From: Cyanophora paradoxa CCMP329
Lineage: Eukaryota; Plantae; Glaucophyta
DNA length: 64,000 nt
Assembly (NCBI GenBank): GCA_004431415.1
Contig: QPMI01000097.1
Location: forward strand, 62,001 to 126,000
Direction of reading: 5' to 3'
A program made the position numbers and the translations under genes. The notes under the pieces were generated by a model that searched no databases, was not told the DNA's origin, and saw only the letters and a program-made list of their open reading frames with translations. This document shows, piece after piece, positions 46,815 through 60,200 of this stretch. Position 1 is the stretch's first letter. Every line of letters starts with the position of its first letter.

Positions 46815-49524
46815 CTAAAGAAGGGCCATTGCCGCTCCTATGAAGCGAACTTTCCAGTCCTCAAGGCTCAACCCATCAATGACTGTGTCGCTGACGCAGG
46901 CAGCTCCTCGCTGCTCAGACCTACATTCCGAACAGTCACGAATGAACTTAGATCATGATTGGAGAAAGGGGCACGGACCAATCCTGTGCAACATCCCACG
47001 CACGCGGCAGTCCAGCAAGGGCAGCATCTGTCTGCGTCTTTCGGATCTCGAGGTTGCTTATCTGAGCTTGTAGCTGCCTTGCTGCCAGCTGAAGAACTGC
47101 TTCAAGGGTCTTCTCCACTTGTGCTTGCGCTCTGTGCTTTTCCCCGGCTCCAATTGCACGACGCCAAGAGGACAGATCGGTTTGCATTTGAAGAGCTACT
47201 GGACTCGAGTTATACTTCCATGCTGCATTGGACAGGGAAAGAGAGCAGACCTTCGAGCTTGAGTGCGCGAAGATGCGCCAAAATCTGTGAACTTGACTGA
47301 CGAGGAACAATTTGAAGAGCCGGCTCTAAGATGGCTGCGATTGGTTCAAGATTCCCAGAGTTGGTTGGCAGTGGAGGAAGCCTGGACGTTGCGAAAGCCG
47401 CCATCTGCCTCAGAAAAAGTCGGACGAAGTGAGTGAAATAGGCAAGTTCTCGGTTTCAACCACCAACCTCTGCTCGGGAGGCATCGCTGAGCTCTTGCGC
47501 CAAGTGAGCTGCGCACTCCAAGCTTCCAAGCACAGATTTTATGCCATACAGAGCCATCTGAAACCAGATCAGTTCAAGCAGGCAGAGCAGATCATAGAAA
47601 AAACTTACCTGTTCATGTCTTATCACCAGTGCACTTAAACTTTCGTTGTTAGCCACAAATTGGCGTGCAAACTCATCAGTCATTCCCTGACATTTGTTGA
47701 AGGTGTTTGATAATATTGAAGACTACGATGCACACACCTTGCCAGAGAGTGCAGAAAATAGTTTTCCAGGTGTAGAAGTGGATGTCGGTCTCATAGGCTC
47801 TGGGATCTTTCGAAACCAAGTGAAACCAGAGAAAATGGAAGACAGACGGAAGATGGGGTGGCCGGCGCACTTGCAAAGCGTCGTGCATTTCATGCAACTC
47901 TTTTTCAAGTGCAGCCAGCAATTCCCACTCGAAGAAGGCTGAATGATGTGTGATCCATGTTCTGATGACAATGAGATCAATTCATTACTAATGTTTGCTC
48001 AACGCACTGAGCGGATCCCTCCAGAAAACGTAGCAGATCGGTCAGGACTGGATGTGTGAGTTCTTCTGTCTTGTGTTTTGAAAGGGCCCCTGTTCGTTCA
48101 TCGGCAATATGGAGATCTTGCCACTTGCTGTCGATCAAGTCAGGAAGGAACATAAGAAACTGAAACGGGCGGCTCATTCAGCTCTTACAGTAATGATGAT
48201 GTGAGAGCATGCCGAGGGGATGCATCCGTAGTGTTAGTGAAATCTTGTGCGATCTCAGGTCGCCCAACTTCATCCTGGGCCCTTGCACACATCGAAAGGG
48301 CTTGTGACAGTATGTCACTAGGGCGAGCTCCTCCATTCTGTGCATGCACAACGTATTAGAGAGACTGATTCCAGGGCACACTGAAGATGTTTCTCCACAC
48401 ACTACCAGACTTGAGGCAATAGCATTCTCGAACTGCAAGCATCATCACCGATCTGCACGACACAGAGTATGAAAGAATGCAAACCTCATTCTTTGCTTCA
48501 GTTGAGACTGCTTCAGTGAGCGCCTGATCGCGTGGAGACGCTTTGCTGAGTTCTAAGTGAACCAACTGCCGTCAGACCAAGTGCAAAGGGTGGAAAACCT
48601 TGGTTTGCACTGCAACGTCGCAAGGCTGTCCTGGAAAAGCAGATTCCTCGTTGCCTCGATCGCATTTGCAACTACATTTTGCACATCATCTGTTTGTTTG
48701 TCCTGACCGGGATACTCTGGATGTGTTTCTGTTATTCTGGTTGGACAAGAGCTCAAACGCGAGGCAAACAGGCGCGAATCGGAGGGAACGTGCACCTACT
48801 CGGCTTCATCTCCAAGGCTTCCACGGCTGTCTCAAGACGCTGAGCAAAGCCTCGGGTCCGGATGACTGCTTCACCTGTGCGTAGCACAAAAGCCCCCGTA
48901 ATAACTGAGCGAGTCTGCCGTTGCTCGACAGGCTCCTTTGCCATCAATAGCTTTTCCTCTGCACGCGGTCAACGCAGCAAGCCGTGCAGGCAGCATTTCT
49001 GTTATCTGCACCTGCAGCCTGCAACTCGGCTTTGAGGTGTTCAACCTCGACTTGTAAGGAATCGATGTTCTGCCTCGTTGCTAACACCTCTTCGAGGATC
49101 TCTTCGTGCTCAGCGCAAGCCTCCTCGTGCTCCGAGTCGGCGATGGCAAGTTCATGACGCTTGGTTTGACTTCGGAAGTTCGAACAATGCAATCAAGGGC
49201 GAGCGTCGGAAGAGCCCACAAAAAAAGCTTCACAGAAGTGCAAGGATACAGCAGGATGTTCTCCCGTATGTCGCGTGAACGACTGGCGGACCGATCAGAT
49301 CAAATTCGGTGACACTGGCTACCCACGCACACTGATGAGAGAACGTGCTCCTCAAGAAATGCGAGGAGAGGCGCGGTGCTCGGCTTGAAAATCTTGCGCA
49401 TGGTGCTAGGCGTCACCTCCGCGGCCGGAAGAAGGGAAGCGGCCCAGTTAGATAGGCGCTCCCCCGCTTGCACGACGCCGTCGCCGCTCATTTGCAACGC
49501 TGTAGGGCACGGCGTCATCGGCAT
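46815..49524 (-). CDS. HAUS5: Augmin/HAUS subunit 5-like (start at 49524 or 49491)
   Basis: N-term LSNWAA...STMRKIF...LLAFLEEHV...IRENILLY; spliced C-term DWSEQRGAACVSDTVIDGLSLEDWKVRF; both match remembered HAUS5 termini. Confidence 0.75.
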
Positions 49525-49951
49525 CGATGCTTCCGGGCGCCACTCTGGGTCGTGAAGTTCGAGCGACGTCAACGCGCGCACCGTTCGTTAACAGACGAGC
49601 GACTAGCTGTAAGATAAACGCAGCTAGCTGTAAGCTGCGGCACGTTGTCTCATGGTCTACCGGGCCGGGGCCGACCGCGTGTTTGAAACCGCGTGTACGG
49701 GGGGTCGTAGTCTCGTAGACCCCTAATCGAGAAGGAAACGTCTAACCCCTAATCGTGATCGTCATTGCACTTGGACGTCGACGGGGTTTCGCGGCCATTA
49801 CTAAACAAGTCTCCCCCGAATTTGAACGCTGCCACGCGCGCAGCCGCATGCTGCAGAAGCCCACAAGGCCCTTCATGACAGCGCCATTCGCTTTCGCGAG
49901 CCTTCATGACAGCGCCATTCGCTTTCACAACACAAGACAAATTGGGTTCAC

Positions 49952-52868
49952 CTAATAGTTGAATGCGCCCGGAGGAGGTGGCGGCGGCGGCGGACCACTG
50001 CCGAATGACGGGGGCGGGGGCGGGGGCGGTGCAAAGCCACCGGGAGGCGGAGGGGGCGGTCCGCCAAAGCCACTCGGCGGCGGGGGTGGGGGCCCAGTGA
50101 ATCCACTGGGAGGTCGCGGGGGCGGCGGAGCGCCAAAGCCACCGGGAGGGGGCGGAGGTGCCCCAAAGTTGCTTGGGGGCGGCGGGGGCGGCGCTCCATA
50201 CGACGGCACACTGGGAGGCCGCGGGGCTCCACCTGGAGGAGGCGGGGCACTGATTCCGCCAGGGCGGAAGGATCCGCCTGTCGGCGGCGCGGGGGGGCGC
50301 CCAAGAGGACCTGCTTTGCGGTTTGAAAAACGCAGAAACCGGGGCATGCTATATCGCACCCATGGGGGCTGGCGAGCCGCTCGGGCGTATGCCACCGGAG
50401 GTAATAGGCCCCGATGGACGATAGGATCCGGAAATCGGACTGGGTGCCGTGTTGGGGCGCCCCGCGGCATTGTACCCCGGCGGAGGGGGAGGTGAACCCA
50501 GCGTGCCCGGGGGAGCGCGCTGCGGCGGCTGCGAAGGAGGAGGAGGCGGCGGGGGCGGTCCAGCAGGGCGCTGATTTCCGGAGGGCGCAGGCGGCGCAGG
50601 TGGCGGGGACGAGGCGGGGCGGCCGAATGAAGGAGCTGACGACGTAGGGGGCGGCCGAGTGCCGGTGCCTGGATAGCGAATTCGGCTCTCGCGTCCACTA
50701 CGCGAGCCTGGGGGCAACGCACCAATCGGAGCACCGCGCCCGAAGCTGGGGGCAACGCCCGTGGAGCCGAGCTGGCCCGGAGGCCGGTACTGCGTTGGGC
50801 CGTATCTGTAAAACAGGAAGCGGTCAGACTGAAGTGGAGGAAGACAAGGACAAGAAAACAACTGGCACCCAGGGGGCTTCGGAGGAGGCGCAGCTGGCAG
50901 AACAGAGCGAAGTAAGTTCATCGAAGAGCATCAGATTCAGAAAAGGAACCTACGTGGGAGAACCCCGGGCGGCGCCTTGCGTGGAGTCCCACTCGGGGCC
51001 GGAGGAGGAGGGCCTGCACCAAGCATCACCATACGACGACAAACCCGAATAGGAAAGACATGCTCACCCGGCGGGCGCTTGTTCGGTGGAGGCGCCGGAG
51101 GAGCTGGCCCTGCTCGATTGTTTCGTTCAAGATATGGAAAAAACGAAAGGATTCGCTTGCAATCGTCAACGAACCGGTCGGGCGAGCTGCCCACAAAAAT
51201 TAGAAATTTTCAATTTGCATGTGCGCGCATAAGACCAGGCGCACCGGAGCCTCGGCCACCCGCTGGGCGGCCTGCATCGGAGAACAGCGCTCCGCCTTCG
51301 TACTCGAACGGCTTTTGACTAGCGGAACCGAAAAGCGACTGCTCTGCCATGAGTTTCTGGTTGCTGCCGAAGCGGATCTCCCCACGGTTTCCTGTCGGAT
51401 CATCGAAGCGGCGCTGCTGCTCCTGAATTGCGCTCAAACGATCCTGCAGAGGGCCCGACATCTTGGACGACGGGCGTACAGGCCCGCCCGGTACAATGCC
51501 CGTGCGAATCGCTGGTTGGCCAGGGCTGGGTCCGACTCCACCGAAAGACAGGCGAGGCGGCAGAACAGTAGGGCCGGACGAGCGAGAGCTCGACCGTTCG
51601 TCGAACATGCCTCCAGAAGGTAGCCCTGCACGAGGGAGCCTCGTCAGAATGGTACTCGATGTCCTCGCCGGGCTTCGAGCCGCACCCGACATACGACCCG
51701 TCAGCTCAGCCTCGATCATGTCCAGTCGTTGCTGGCTGAACTGGCTCGAAGAGCGCACGCGCTCCGCGGGGACACCAGAGTCAGAAACGTTCCGCACGAT
51801 CCCGTCAAGCTGTAAAGCGGTTAGCGGGCCTTCGAATGTGCGTCGGACCGCACACCTTGCGACCAGTGGATCGGCAACGGTCAAGATCCTGCAGCAGCAC
51901 CGACCGCATACGGTCTTGCTCTTCCGGGGGCAGCGTTTGCAATGCGCCATTCTGAAAGCGCGCAGTCAGACCGAGCACCAGCGAAAAAAACAGTTGCAAG
52001 ACGCACCAGCGAGCGCATCAGCGACTCATAGTGTGACGAAGAGGTCTCAAGCATGGTGACAAGGCCGTCTTTGTCACCGATGAGACGTTCGTTCTCCTCG
52101 TACAGGTAGTCGTTCTGGTGCTGCAGTGCTTCAATCTCCGGACCTCCGAACGCCTTCGAGCCTCGCCCAGGAACACCACGAGGCAGCCCAAGCTTCTCGC
52201 GGAGCATGTCATTCTCGTGCTCCAGTTCGCGGACACGATAGTCCTGATACGAGTCTCCGGATGCCTCACGACCGCCCTTGATGTACTGGAGCTCTTCCTG
52301 GACCTATTCGCGCGAACGAGTAAGAGTGCATTGATGCTTAACATGCGGTCGCGTGAATGGGCACGGAGGACCGCCCGCACCCGGAGAAAGTTGTGTCCGC
52401 GGAGTCGGCTCTCAGATTCAAAAGCCAGGTTCTCCAGGTGAGAGACGCAGGCCTGCAGTTTGCGCTGAATCTCCATGTAGCGAGCCTCAGAGTCGGCGAG
52501 TTTCGCGGTAATGCGTTCAATCTGCAGCGGCATAAGCAAGGCGAGCTCCGGCGTGCGGGAAAATGGACCTCCTGGGTCTTCATGTTCAACGATTGCACTG
52601 CGCAAGAAGGAAAAACGCGGAGGTGCGCACGACGTTAGCACATGAGGACGCGAGAAGGTGCAAACGGTTTTTCGACGCCCGCATCGGAGGGCCGACGAGA
52701 GCTTAGATAAACGATGTCTGACGCACTCATAACATCGTTGAGCACGACATGCTCGACCTTCGCTCCACCGCCGACGCGAACTCCATCAAACGGTGCGGCG
52801 CCGGCCGCATATGCTCGCCCGGACGCCCGCCCGAGGCTAGCGGTGCCGTTCATGGCACGGCTCTTCAT
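49952..52868 (-). CDS. Hypothetical protein: N-terminal coiled coil, long Pro/Gly-rich C-terminus
   Basis: Multi-exon; IERITAKLADSEARYMEIQRKLQ; ends in GGFGAPPPPP repeats, then GAFNY*. Confidence 0.6.
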
Positions 52869-53410
52869 CGCCGCCGCCTTTCAACGGCGAAAGAGAGAGC
52901 CCTTTTTTTACAGGGGGTACAGTTGTACAGTTCGACCTCCCGCCCAGCCTGCAGCTGAGAGGTACCGGTTGCAATTGCAATTGGACGTCAACGCGTACGG
53001 GTCGTTCGAATTCGGCCTTCGAATTCGTCGACGTCTTTCACGGTTCCGACGTCGACGGCGCCGGCGAAGTACTAGTTCGAATTCGATTAGCTAGCTTTAG
53101 CCTACGAAGTACTAGTTCGGCCCGGCTCAGCCTACAGCTTTAGCTAGCCATAGCTATACTATGATCTAGTGCCGCAACTAGCAACGGTTCCGAACTCGTC
53201 CTTCGTCCTCCGGATGAGATCCGACCTTGAGCTTGCGGATTCGGCGCGAGTTCGAATTCGAACATATCCGATCGATTCCGATCATGTCAGATCGGCCCAT
53301 GTCAATTGCACATGCACTGGTAATGCCTCAAAGAGCGTCGAGCTTATTATCAGCGGCCCGGAGACGACGAGCTTGGGAGGGGACGAGAAAAAGCATTTCG
53401 CCAGTTGCTG

Positions 53411-54077
53411 CTACTTCCGGGAAACGTATTTCTTGCGTGACACGATCGTTGTCAGATACAGGAGCCCGCTCGAGAAGATGATGCTGCGCCGCGCCATCAG
53501 CGCATGCGTCGAACGCGGCAACGTCGCGCAGTGCGGCCGCACCAGGTCGTTGCGCATACACCGTGCACCGAGGCCGCAGCCATCACCGCGATGATAAGGG
53601 CGAAAACGACTGCGCGACACACAAATGAGCGGCCAACTAAAAGCTGCTGCTGCGCGTCGCGCAGACGGAACATTGCGAGCTATTGTGAGCTACGCGACGA
53701 ACCCTCAAACCACTTCGCCTGCGCGTTGCGGGAGAACACCTGCTCCACGTTGCTGATGAACTGAGCGGCGCGGTGAGCGATGAGCACGCCGCGGCGGTGA
53801 GCTCTAAAGTCGGCGAGGGGGGCTCACAGTGAGGACGAAAAGAAACAGGATGGCGCTGATGAACCCGCCGACAATGGTCATCCCTTTCGTGGAGGCCAGC
53901 GTCGCAGACCCCAGCTGGAGGCCAGAGATCGTCATGATGGACAGGATGAACGATAGAAACGCCGAAGTGCCCGCAGAGGTGGCTGCGCGTGTTCGAGTCA
54001 GCGAACATCGGCCGGTCAACTAGGCATCGCACTAGGCATAGGAGTCAGCGAACATCGGTCCGCGAGAGCGAACCCAT
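53411..54077 (-). CDS. KRTCAP2: Oligosaccharyltransferase subunit KCP2 (keratinocyte-associated protein 2)
   Basis: Spliced MATSAGTSAFLSF...LASTKGMTIVGG...SVHGVCATTCIIFS; 4-nt first exon. Confidence 0.85.
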
Positions 54078-54212
54078 CGCTCTGGCGATGCGCTGCTGTC
54101 GGGTTGATCAGGCAGCTCACTGAGCTCAGCAAGTGTACGGGTATACCGAAGACGCTGAAGACGGGTAGAGCAGCCAGTTTTTGAACTCAGGCCCGACCAG
54201 GGCAGCCGCCGT

Positions 54213-57200
54213 ATGGCCGGGCTCCAAACGGCCCTTGACACGGTCTCTATCATCTTCTCACCGGCCCAGACGCGTGCGCGCGCTGAAGGCTCCGAGCTGG
54301 AAGCTGGGCCCAGTGTTCTGAGCTCGCCCGATGTGCCCATTGAGACCAGTCCTGGCGGCTGCACGCTGGCACCGGCGACTCTCGAAGCTCTTCGGGTGCG
54401 CCTGACCCCCAAAAGAAAGCCGCGCGTGGGAACCCTCTGAAGCACGCGTCAGGCTAAGCACAGCTCGCGGAGTTCGAGTGTGCGGGCAAGCCTGGACGCG
54501 TCCGCCGCTGCCTCGTCGCGGATTTCCACAAGCCGCGGCCGCTACGGCTCGGACGAAGGGGACGAGGCACGGCGGTTGGCCAGGGCGGGCGACGCGGAGG
54601 GAAGCGACGGTGACGTCGCGGTGTCGCGCGGGAGCCCCGTGCAGATCAGGAGGCGGCGGCGGCGCGGGGACGCGGTGCCGCAATCTTCGTCTGCCTCGTC
54701 GGTCGTCCGTCGAAGCCTGGAGCCGGCGCTGAGTAGTCATTCGCGCTCGTCGGTCGCGGCGCCCGGGCAGCAGCAGCAGGCCCTGGGCCACGCGCGGGAA
54801 TGGCAGGACGGCGTGAGGCGGTCGGCGCCCGAGCGCAGGCAGGCGCTGCGGGAGAGCGGCGAGCTGGAGCGGGGGGTGTTCGAGGAGCTCGAGCGGCAGC
54901 GGAGCCAGCTGGCGGAGCTGCAGGAACAGATCGGGGCGCTTGCAGGCGCCCTCCCGGCCGACACTCGAGCCCCGCGCGTCCGGGCCGTCGCTGCGGAGGA
55001 GGCCCTTGGGCCTCGCCCGCTCCCCGCGCGGCCCCGTAGCGCGCCCGCCTCTTCCGCCTCCGGTCCCCCCGCCGTGCCGGCCTGCACGAGCGCGGCGCCG
55101 ATCTCGTTCGGGATGGTGCACGCGGGGCGGGCGGCGGCGCGGGCGCTGGATGTGCGCAACGGGGGCGCCTCGGCAGTCCTCGTCCTCCTCACCGTCGAGC
55201 GCGTCCGCGAGACGCTTCTCTCCCCCGAGGGCCCTGGGGCGCCCGGGCCGGCCCTGCTCCCGCCGCCCCCGCAGGCGCCCTTCCGGGTCGAGCCGGCGGC
55301 GGTGGCGGTGCCAGCGGGCGGTGTGGCGCGGGTGCGGGTCCTGTTCGCCCCGGCGCGGGGCCCGCCTTCGGGCGACAGCCTGCTGGGGACGGCCGCCGAG
55401 CTCTCCGTGCGGACCGTCCACGACGGGGCCCCCGAGCCCGGCGCCGCCCTCACCCTCGTGCCCCTCCACGGCCTCTGCCTGCCTCCGGACGCCGCCCCGG
55501 CCTCTGATCTCGGCCCCGCGCCCGCCGCCGGCCTCGACGCCCCCTCCACCGCCCCGGAGCTTTTCCTCCCTCCCTCGGCCCCCGCCATCGCCCCGATCGC
55601 TCCCTCCGAGGCGCCGGCCCCCGAGCCCCAGCCCGAGGTGCACGCGCAGGTGCCCGTCAGCCTCCTCAGGTGCGCGCGCCTCCGCCGGCGCCGGCCTCGG
55701 CCCACGCAGCCGCGCAGCTGCGACTTCGGGGCCGTGACGCTCGGGAGCCGGCCGGAGCGCCTCGTCTCCATCCGCAACCAGGCCGGCCGGCCCCTGCTCC
55801 TCCGCTGCTCCCTCGCCGCCGGCTGCGATGTGCGCCGCCCGCCCGCCCGCCCCGCGCTGCCCGCCCCGCGACCGCCCCGCAGGCCTTCGCGATCCCCGGC
55901 GGGCTCCTCGCGGTACCGGTGGCGGGCAGCGTGCAGCTGCCCGTGGCCTTCGCGGCCGCCCGGGCCGGCGCCTTCGCGGACACGCTCAGCGTGGCCGACG
56001 AGGCGGGGCCCGTCACCCTCGTGCAGCTCTCCGCCCGCGCCACCGCCCCCGCCTGGACGGCGCGCCCGCCCGCCGGCCCCGCTCGCGCCGCCCGCGTGAC
56101 GCCGCGCCGCAGGTGGAGCCCGGGGCGGAGGTCGAGTTCGGAGTCGTCCCGCACGACGCCTCTGCCTCCGCCCGCCTCGCCCTCGCAAACCCCTCCCCGG
56201 CCCCTGTCCGCCTCCGCCTCACCCTCGCCGAGCGCCCCGCGGGCTTCGCCGCCCCGCCGGCCTTCTCGCTGGCGGGGCGGGCCCCGAGGGGGCGGCCCAG
56301 TGGGCGGCCGTGACCCTGGGGCCGGGGGAGTCGCGGGAGCTCGAGGTGCGCTTCGCGGCGGCGGGGTACGACGCGCAGCGGGAGCGGGCGCTGCGGCACT
56401 ACGAGGCGCTGCTCACCGTCGCGACCGCCGCCGAGTGCGCCGTCGAGGAGGGGCCGCTCCCCGCCGCCCGCCTCCGCGTCGTCGCCTCCGCCGGGCACGC
56501 CCGCCTCCAGCTGCCCCGCCGCCTCGTCGACTCCGGCGTGCGCTTCGCCGCCCCGGCCTCCCAGGCCGACCTCGCCCCTCACCTCCTCCCGCCCACCGCC
56601 CGCCTCGCCCTCCCCGTCCGCAACGCCGGCACCCTCGCCGCCGCCGTGCTCGCGACCTGTAGCGAGGGCCCCTTCCGGCTCCTCCTGCCGGGCGGCGAGG
56701 GGGAGGGCGCCTCGCGGGCCGCCTTCTCCGTGCGCCCCGGCGAGCTCTTCCGCCTCCCCCTCGCCTTCTGCCCCCGCCTCCCCGGCCGCTACTCCGCCGC
56801 CCTCACGCTCTCGCTCGCCACGGGGCCCGAGGGCAAGGGGCCCCGCCTCCGGGTCCGCCTGGAGGGGGTCGGGGGTCCCGCGCCGGGCCCCGCCCTCCTC
56901 GTCGACCGCCCCGTGGTCTCATTCGGGGGCCTCCCCGTCGGCGCCTCCGCCCTGCGCCGCCTCGCGCTCCGCAACGAGGACGCGTGCCGCCCCTGCGCCG
57001 TGCGCCTCGCGCTGCTGCGCCACGCGGGGCCCGGCGAGCGGCCCTTCGCCCTCGCCGGCCCCGCGGAGCTCCTGCTGCAGCCCGGCGCCGACGCCTTCGT
57101 CCCCTCGACTTCCGGCCCACGGCCGCCGCCCCGTACCGCGCCGCCCTCGCCCTCCACGCCGCCCCCTGCCGCCCCGACGGGGCCCGCTCCCGGCCCCGCC

Positions 57201-60200
57201 CCGCCCCGCGAGTACCGCGTCCCGCTCCTCGGGTACGGCGGCGTGGCCGACGTGCAGCTCTGGCCGGCCGCCCCCGCCGCCGGCGCCTCCCTGGCCTTCC
57301 GCCTGCAGGGCGCGGGGGCGCGGACGCTGCCCCTCACCCTCCGCAACGTGGGCGAGCGCTGGGCCTTCCTGCTCCCCGTGCCGCGCCAGGAGCGGGAGGG
57401 GCGTGGCGGGTGGCGGTGGAGGGCCCGCCCCGCGTGCTGGCCCCCGGGCAGGCCGCGACGCTGCGCGTGACGGTGACCCTCGAGGGCGCCCCGCCGCCCC
57501 GCTCCGCACCGCCCTCGACATCTTCGCCGGCGACGAGGAGGCGCCCGCCCCCGGCCCGCCCCCCGCGCCCCCGCCCTCACGCCCCCGCAGGCCCGCCGCC
57601 GCCTCCGCGCCCTCCTTCGCTCCGGGCGCCGTCTCCCGCCTCTGCCGGCGCCGCGGGCCCGGCGCCGGCTCGCTGCGGGCCCCCCGCGGGCGCGCCTGAG
57701 CCTGCGGCAGTCTGCTACGGGGCTGGGGTGTTCAGCAGTGCGGGGTCAACGCGAGCGTCGCCGGCCCCGGGGAGGCCTCCGCCGCCGGCCGCGTCGCCGT
57801 GCCGCTCTCCGAGGTGCGCAGGCGCGCCGCGCCCGTCCGGGGGCCGACCCCGCCGCAGCTCGACCGGGCCTTCGAGGCGAGGCCACGCGGCGGCCGCCGA
57901 GCGCTGGCAGGGGGGCGCCTCGTCTGAGGAGGAGCCGGGGACGGGGAGGGGGCCGGGGGGGCCGGGGGCGCGGAGCGGGCCTTCGACGGCTTCTTCGACG
58001 AGCAGCTCTTCTCCAACGCCCTCCGCTGCATCCCCGTCGCCCTCCACGCCTCCGCCCCCGGCTCCGAGCCCCACGCCTCGCCCCGCCCTCACCCCCTCCT
58101 CCCCCGCGAGCGCCGCATCGGCTCCCCCGGGGCCGCCCGCGGGCAGCCCGGTGCGGGATGCGCGCCCCGCTCCGCCTCCGCGCCTTCCTCGCCCGCAGCG
58201 GGCCCGCCAGCGACTCCGCCGGCGCCGCGCCAGGCAGGCCGGAGAGCCCGACGCGGCCGGAGCCCCGCAGCGGGTCTGCCGGGGAGGAGGGAGCGGGAGC
58301 GGGAGCGAGACGGGGAGCGGACGGCGCCGCTGTCGACGGAGGCCGGCTCGGAGGAGGCGGAGGCGGCGGGGGAAGCGGCGGGGGCGCGGGGAGCGAGGCG
58401 GGCCTGAGCGGGAGCGCCGGCGCGGGGGCGTCGCGGTTCGTGTCGGCTTCGGACGCGGAGCTGCTGCGGAAGCTAGCCGCCGTACTGGATCTCCTGCACA
58501 CCCGCGTCCCCGCCCCGGCCCCGGGCGCGCCCCTCCCCCGCGGCGACCCCGCCGGGCCTCGCGGCCGCGCACGCCGCCCACGGCCGCGCAGGGCCGCAGC
58601 CGGCCCCGCGGGGCTCCGGAGCGCCTTCAGCCTCCCCGCCAGCGCCGACTGGTCCGCCTTGGGAGCGCCCCTCTTCGCCGGGGAGCCGCCCGCCGCCTTC
58701 CACGGGCCCCCGCCGCCCCCTGCCGCCCCCGCCGCCGGCCTGCTCCCTACCATTCCGTGGCGCGTCCCTCGGCCTCGGCAGCGGCATCGTGGGAGAGGTA
58801 CCGGGCCCCGCCGGCGGAACTCGCGCGGCCGCCCACCCGCCGAGGCCGCGTGCCCCCGAACCGCTCAACCCGGCCCCGCCCCGGCCCCGCCCCCGGCCCC
58901 GCTCGCGACGCGGGCGCCGTCGCCGGCGCCGTCGCCGCCCCGCCCTTCTCCGCCCAAGGCCCGCAAGCTTCGCGCCGCTTCGGCGCCGGCCCACCGCCCG
59001 CCCGCCACGCCTCCCGAGAAGCATTCGCTTTCGCGCCTCCCGGGGCCCTCCTTCGCGCCGCGCCCCTTCGGAGCGGCGACGCCGGGCCACGCGCGGCGGC
59101 CCAAGTCCGCCGGCCCCGCGCCCCGCCCGGCCTGCCTCCGTTGCGCCAGGCAGCACGCCCCCGAGCGGTGCGCCCGCTCGCCCTCCCTCTGTGCCCTCGT
59201 CCTGAGGTGTGCTCCGCAGGGCCCTCTGCGTCTCATGCAGCGCCCGACCGGCGGCGCGAGCGATGCAGTGCGCTGCCCCGCCGCAGCGCGGCTGCAGGGG
59301 GCTCCCGCCTGCTCTGAACGCGCCCCCTTCAGGGGCTCGCCGAGGAAGCGGAGGGAGGGGGCCGCAGGAGGGCGCCCCCACGCTGCTGCGAGGCCGGGGA
59401 GCCGGCGCGCCGCCCCGGCGCCGGCCCCGCGTCTCCCCACGACGGGTGCGCGCACCGGCCCCTCGCCCCGGGCCGCCGGCGAGCCGGCGCGCAGTGCTCT
59501 TGAACGCCCTGCCCGAGGCGCCGGGGCTCCCCAGCGGGGCCCCGCCCCCGCCCTTCCCCTCCACGTTGGCACCTTCCGTGCGCGGGCCCGCCCCGGCGCC
59601 CCGGCCGGCCGGCCGGCCGCGCGCGACGGGGCGGGCGCAGTGGTGGAGAACCCGACGGGGCGGGCGTGCGAGTTCGAGGTGGTGCACGCGCCGGAGGGCG
59701 CCGAGGTGCGCCCGGCGCGCGGCCTCGTCGCCCCGGGCGAGGACGAGCGCCTCACCCTCCTCCTCCGCTCCCGCGCGCCTTTCTCCCGCCCCGCGCCTCC
59801 CCGGCCGTCACCCTCCTCCTCCGCCTCGCCCCGCGCCCCGGGCACCCGGCCCCCGCGCCCGCCTCCAGGCCGCCCGCGTCGTGCTCCCCCCGCCCCCGCC
59901 CCCGGCTCGGCCTTCTCCGCCTGGGTGGCCGCCTCGGAGGGCCCCGCCGCCGGCGTCGGCCCTCTCGCCCTCGCCGCCCCCACGTGGGGCCCCTCGGCCG
60001 CCTCCTCTGACGCCGCGTTCGCCCCGCCGCCGCCGCCGCCGCCGCTGCAGGGCCGGCGGATGAGAGCGGCCTCTCGCCCCTGCGCCCCGCCAGCGCCAGC
60101 GAGCTCTCCGAGGCGCCCCTCGCCGCCCCGCCCCGCCCCGGCCTCCACCTCCTCACCCGAGCCTCGAGCTGCGGGCCCCCGTCGGTGGCGCGGCCTGCGC

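Noticed and set aside
49952-50755. Poly-proline region as formin FH1 or WASP
   Set aside because: The protein ends right after the Pro tract; no FH2 or WH2-C-A seen
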